Assembly: GCA_030390025.1 (NCBI GenBank)
Contig: CM059431.1
Span: forward strand, 105,340,001 to 105,404,000
Direction: 5' to 3'
Origin: Squalus acanthias
Taxonomy: Eukaryota
Length of the DNA: 64,000 nt
Shown: in pieces, positions 61,410 to 64,000 of the stretch
How positions within the stretch are numbered: the first letter of the stretch is position 1
How the letters are laid out: each line of letters opens with the position of its first letter
Position numbers and translations under genes: made by a program
The notes under the pieces: generated by a model
Databases searched by the model: none
Told to the model about the DNA's origin: nothing
The model's input: the letters and a program-made list of their open reading frames with translations, nothing else

Positions 61410-62400
61410 ACAATAACGTGCATTTATATAGCGCCTTTAACATAGTAAAACGTCCCGTGGCGCTTCACAGGAGCCTCATCAAACAAAAATTTGACACCGA
61501 GCCACATAAGGAGATATTAGGGCAGATGACCAAAAGAGGTAGGTTTTAAGGAGCGTCTTAAAGGAGGAAAGAGAGGTAGAAGAGGTGGAGAGGTTTAGGG
61601 AGGGAATTGCAGAGCTTAACACCCAGGCAGCTGATGACACGGCTGCCAATGGTGGGCTGATGGAAATCGGAGATGTGCAAGAGGCCAGAATTGGAGCAGC
61701 ACAGAGGTCTCGGAGGGATGTAGGGCTGGAGGAGGTAACAGAGATAACACAGCTTTCAAAATTCTAAAGGGCTTTGTTAGGGTGAATAGGGAAAGATTAT
61801 TCTCTCTGGTTGGGGATGTCTGTGTTCAGGATATCAGGTGAATAAATGGAGGACCTAGGGACTGATTGGAACCTAGTGGCACTGCTGCCATTGAATTGCT
61901 GTTCTGAGCCAAAACTCAGCTGCCCGTGTCCTAACTCGCACCAAGCCCCATTCACCCATCACCCCTGTGCTCGCTGACCTACATTAAGCAACGCCTCGAT
62001 TTCAAAATTCTCATCCTTGTTTTCAAATCCCTCCATGGCCTCACCCCTGCCTATCTCTGTAATCTCCTTTAGCCCCACAACCCCCCGAGATAGCTGCACT
62101 CCTCTAATCCTGCTCTCTTGAGCATCCCTGATTATAATCGCTGAACCATTGGTGGCCGTGCCTTCTGTTGCCTGGGCCCTAAGCTCTGGAATTCCCTGCC
62201 TAAACCTCTCTGCCTCTTCTGCCTCTCTTTTCTCCTTTAAGACGCTCCTTAAAACCTACTTCTTTGACCAAGCTTTTGGTCACCTGCCCTAATATCTCCT
62301 TATGTGGCTCGGTGTTAAATTTTTTGTCTTATAATAATCCTGTGAAGCGCCTTGGGACATTTTACTACGTTAAAGGCGCTATATAAATACAAGCTGTTGT
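61410..62400. mobile_element. Two L2-type LINE 3' fragments in opposite orientation (61410-61745 minus, 61917-62400 plus)
   Basis: Both carry the TTAAAACCTAC..TTTG tail; the plus copy reads HITPVLADL...RLDFKIL. Confidence 0.8.
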
Positions 62401-62657
62401 CGTTCTGTATTTATATAGTTAGTCATTGGGGAGCAAATTGGTCAACGGCCATAGTGCAAAATGGGCTGATGGCGAATTGGGAGCCCCGATTACACCATGC
62501 TTGCTTATTGAAAACAGATTTGCTGATTCACTATCTGGCTATTTTTCTACTGCCGTTGAGCAATTTCACCCCCATTATTTGTAGCGAACACCAATACTTA
62601 ATTCAGATTAACTTTTTACCATCAGGCAATCTGATCAAATGGTGCCTGCTGCATCCA

Positions 62658-63202
62658 GAACATAAGATATAGGAGCAGGAGTCGGCCATTTGGCCCTTCA
62701 AGCCTGCTCCAGCATTCAATAAGATCATGGCTGATCTTCTACCTCATCTCCACTTTCCTGCACTATCCCCATATCCCTTGATTCCCTTAATATTCAAAAA
62801 TCTATCGATCTCTTGTCTTGAATATACTCAACGACTGAGCCTCCACAGCCCTCTGGGGTAGAAAATTCCAAAGATTCATCACCCTCTGAGTGAAGAAATT
62901 TCTCCTCATCTCAGTCCTAAATGGCCGACCTCTTATTCTGAGACTGTGACCCCTGGTTCTAGACTCCCCAGCCAGGGGAAACATCCTCCCTGCATCTACC
63001 CTGTCAAGTCCTGTAAGAATTTTGTAAGTTTCAATGAGATCACCTCTCATTCTTCTAAACTCTAGAAAATATAAGCCCAGTCTACTCAATCTCTCCTCAT
63101 AGGACAATCCCCCCATCCCAGGAACCAGCCTGGTGAACCTTCGTTGCGCTCCCTCTATGTCAAGTATATCCTTCCTTAGGTAAGGAGACCAAAACTGTAC
63201 AA
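62658..63202 (-). mobile_element. CR1 LINE 3' fragment
   Basis: VQFWSPYLRKDI...RRMRGDLIETYKIL. Confidence 0.9.
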
Positions 63203-63532
63203 TGCAAAGGAAAATGCTCCAGGGACTGTGCCTGCCCACCAGCTGCAAGCTTGCATCTGGCTCACAGTGGAAGTGCTAATGTAAACAGTGCCGAATTATT
63301 TACTCTGATTCCAGTTCCCACCTTCAGCTATTGAATTAAAGCCAAGTGTAAATAGGCGAATTTGGATCATATTGGTGTAAATGACTTAATGCAAATCTTC
63401 TGTCATTTTCAGCTGTGAAACAAACTGGGGGCATGTGGTTCCGGCACATAACTTAATACAATCGACTGCCTGAACTGAATCAAGGCAAAAGGCAATACAA
63501 ATGCTACTAGACAAATACAGCTTGAAATCTTC

Positions 63533-63760
63533 TCTTCTTCTTAGGCAGTCCCTCGGAGCCGAGGATGACTTGCTTCCATACTAAAAATGAGTTCTCAGGT
63601 GACTGATGAGTCCAATGCGAGACCTTCAGTCTCTGTCACAGGTGGGGCAGATGGTGATTGAAGGGGCAGGTGGGTGGGGTGCTTGGGTTGATGTGCGTTC
63701 CTTCCGCTGTTTGCGCTTGGCTTCCGCTTGCTCCCGGCGAAGAGACTCAAGGGGCTGGAT
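63533..63760 (-). mobile_element. RTE-clade LINE 3' end
   Basis: Minus ICPTCDRD.RSRIGLISHLRTH motif followed by a GAAGAAGA tail. Confidence 0.75.
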
Positions 63761-64000
63761 TTTGTCAATGGGGACATGATGGAGGCGGGAATCCCACTTT
63801 TTGGGTTGTAGTCCCGCCTCCATCGACTTGTGGCCAACCCACTGTATTTTTCCTTGATTGACCTTGTTAAGCCCGCCCAGCAGGCTTAGCAGGCCAATCA
63901 AGGGTCCCTTGGATACAGGTGACGTCAGCCATTGAAATTTCATCTGTCAAGAGCTTTTGACAGATGAAATTTCAACGTTTGACAGCTCTGTGAAGCTGTC

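Overview
Eukaryotic, repeat-rich vertebrate DNA. The CR1/L2 LINE tails, Deu-domain tRNA-SINEs, Penelope-type remnants and Harbinger elements suggest a shark or other cartilaginous fish (inference). The main object is a very young, nearly intact enveloped LTR retroelement on the minus strand (1-12008, 3' LTR cut by the window edge), inserted into a CR1 LINE. It has a 1676-bp 5' LTR that differs from the 3' LTR at 2 of 929 comparable bases, and an 18-nt tRNA-Arg(TCG)-type PBS overlapping the gag ATG. Gag carries a coiled coil, PSAP/PPxY late domains and a CCHC knuckle, and joins pol in frame through a TGA-CTAG readthrough context. Pol reads PR-RT-degenerate RNase H-active RNase H-IN plus a long C-terminal tail. 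Env resembles paramyxo/pneumovirus- or baculovirus-F class I fusogens rather than gamma/beta-retroviral TM and carries an N-terminal immunoglobulin-like domain. This architecture best fits a lokiretrovirus-like endogenous retrovirus. One frameshift interrupts pol and one interrupts env. The remaining ~52 kb is intronic/intergenic: LINE and SINE fragments, a decayed two-gene Harbinger transposon with related MITEs, an L1/Tx1 fragment, hammerhead-like Penelope remnants, a possible solo LTR and one candidate 90-nt host exon. All family assignments come from motif recognition; no database search was run.
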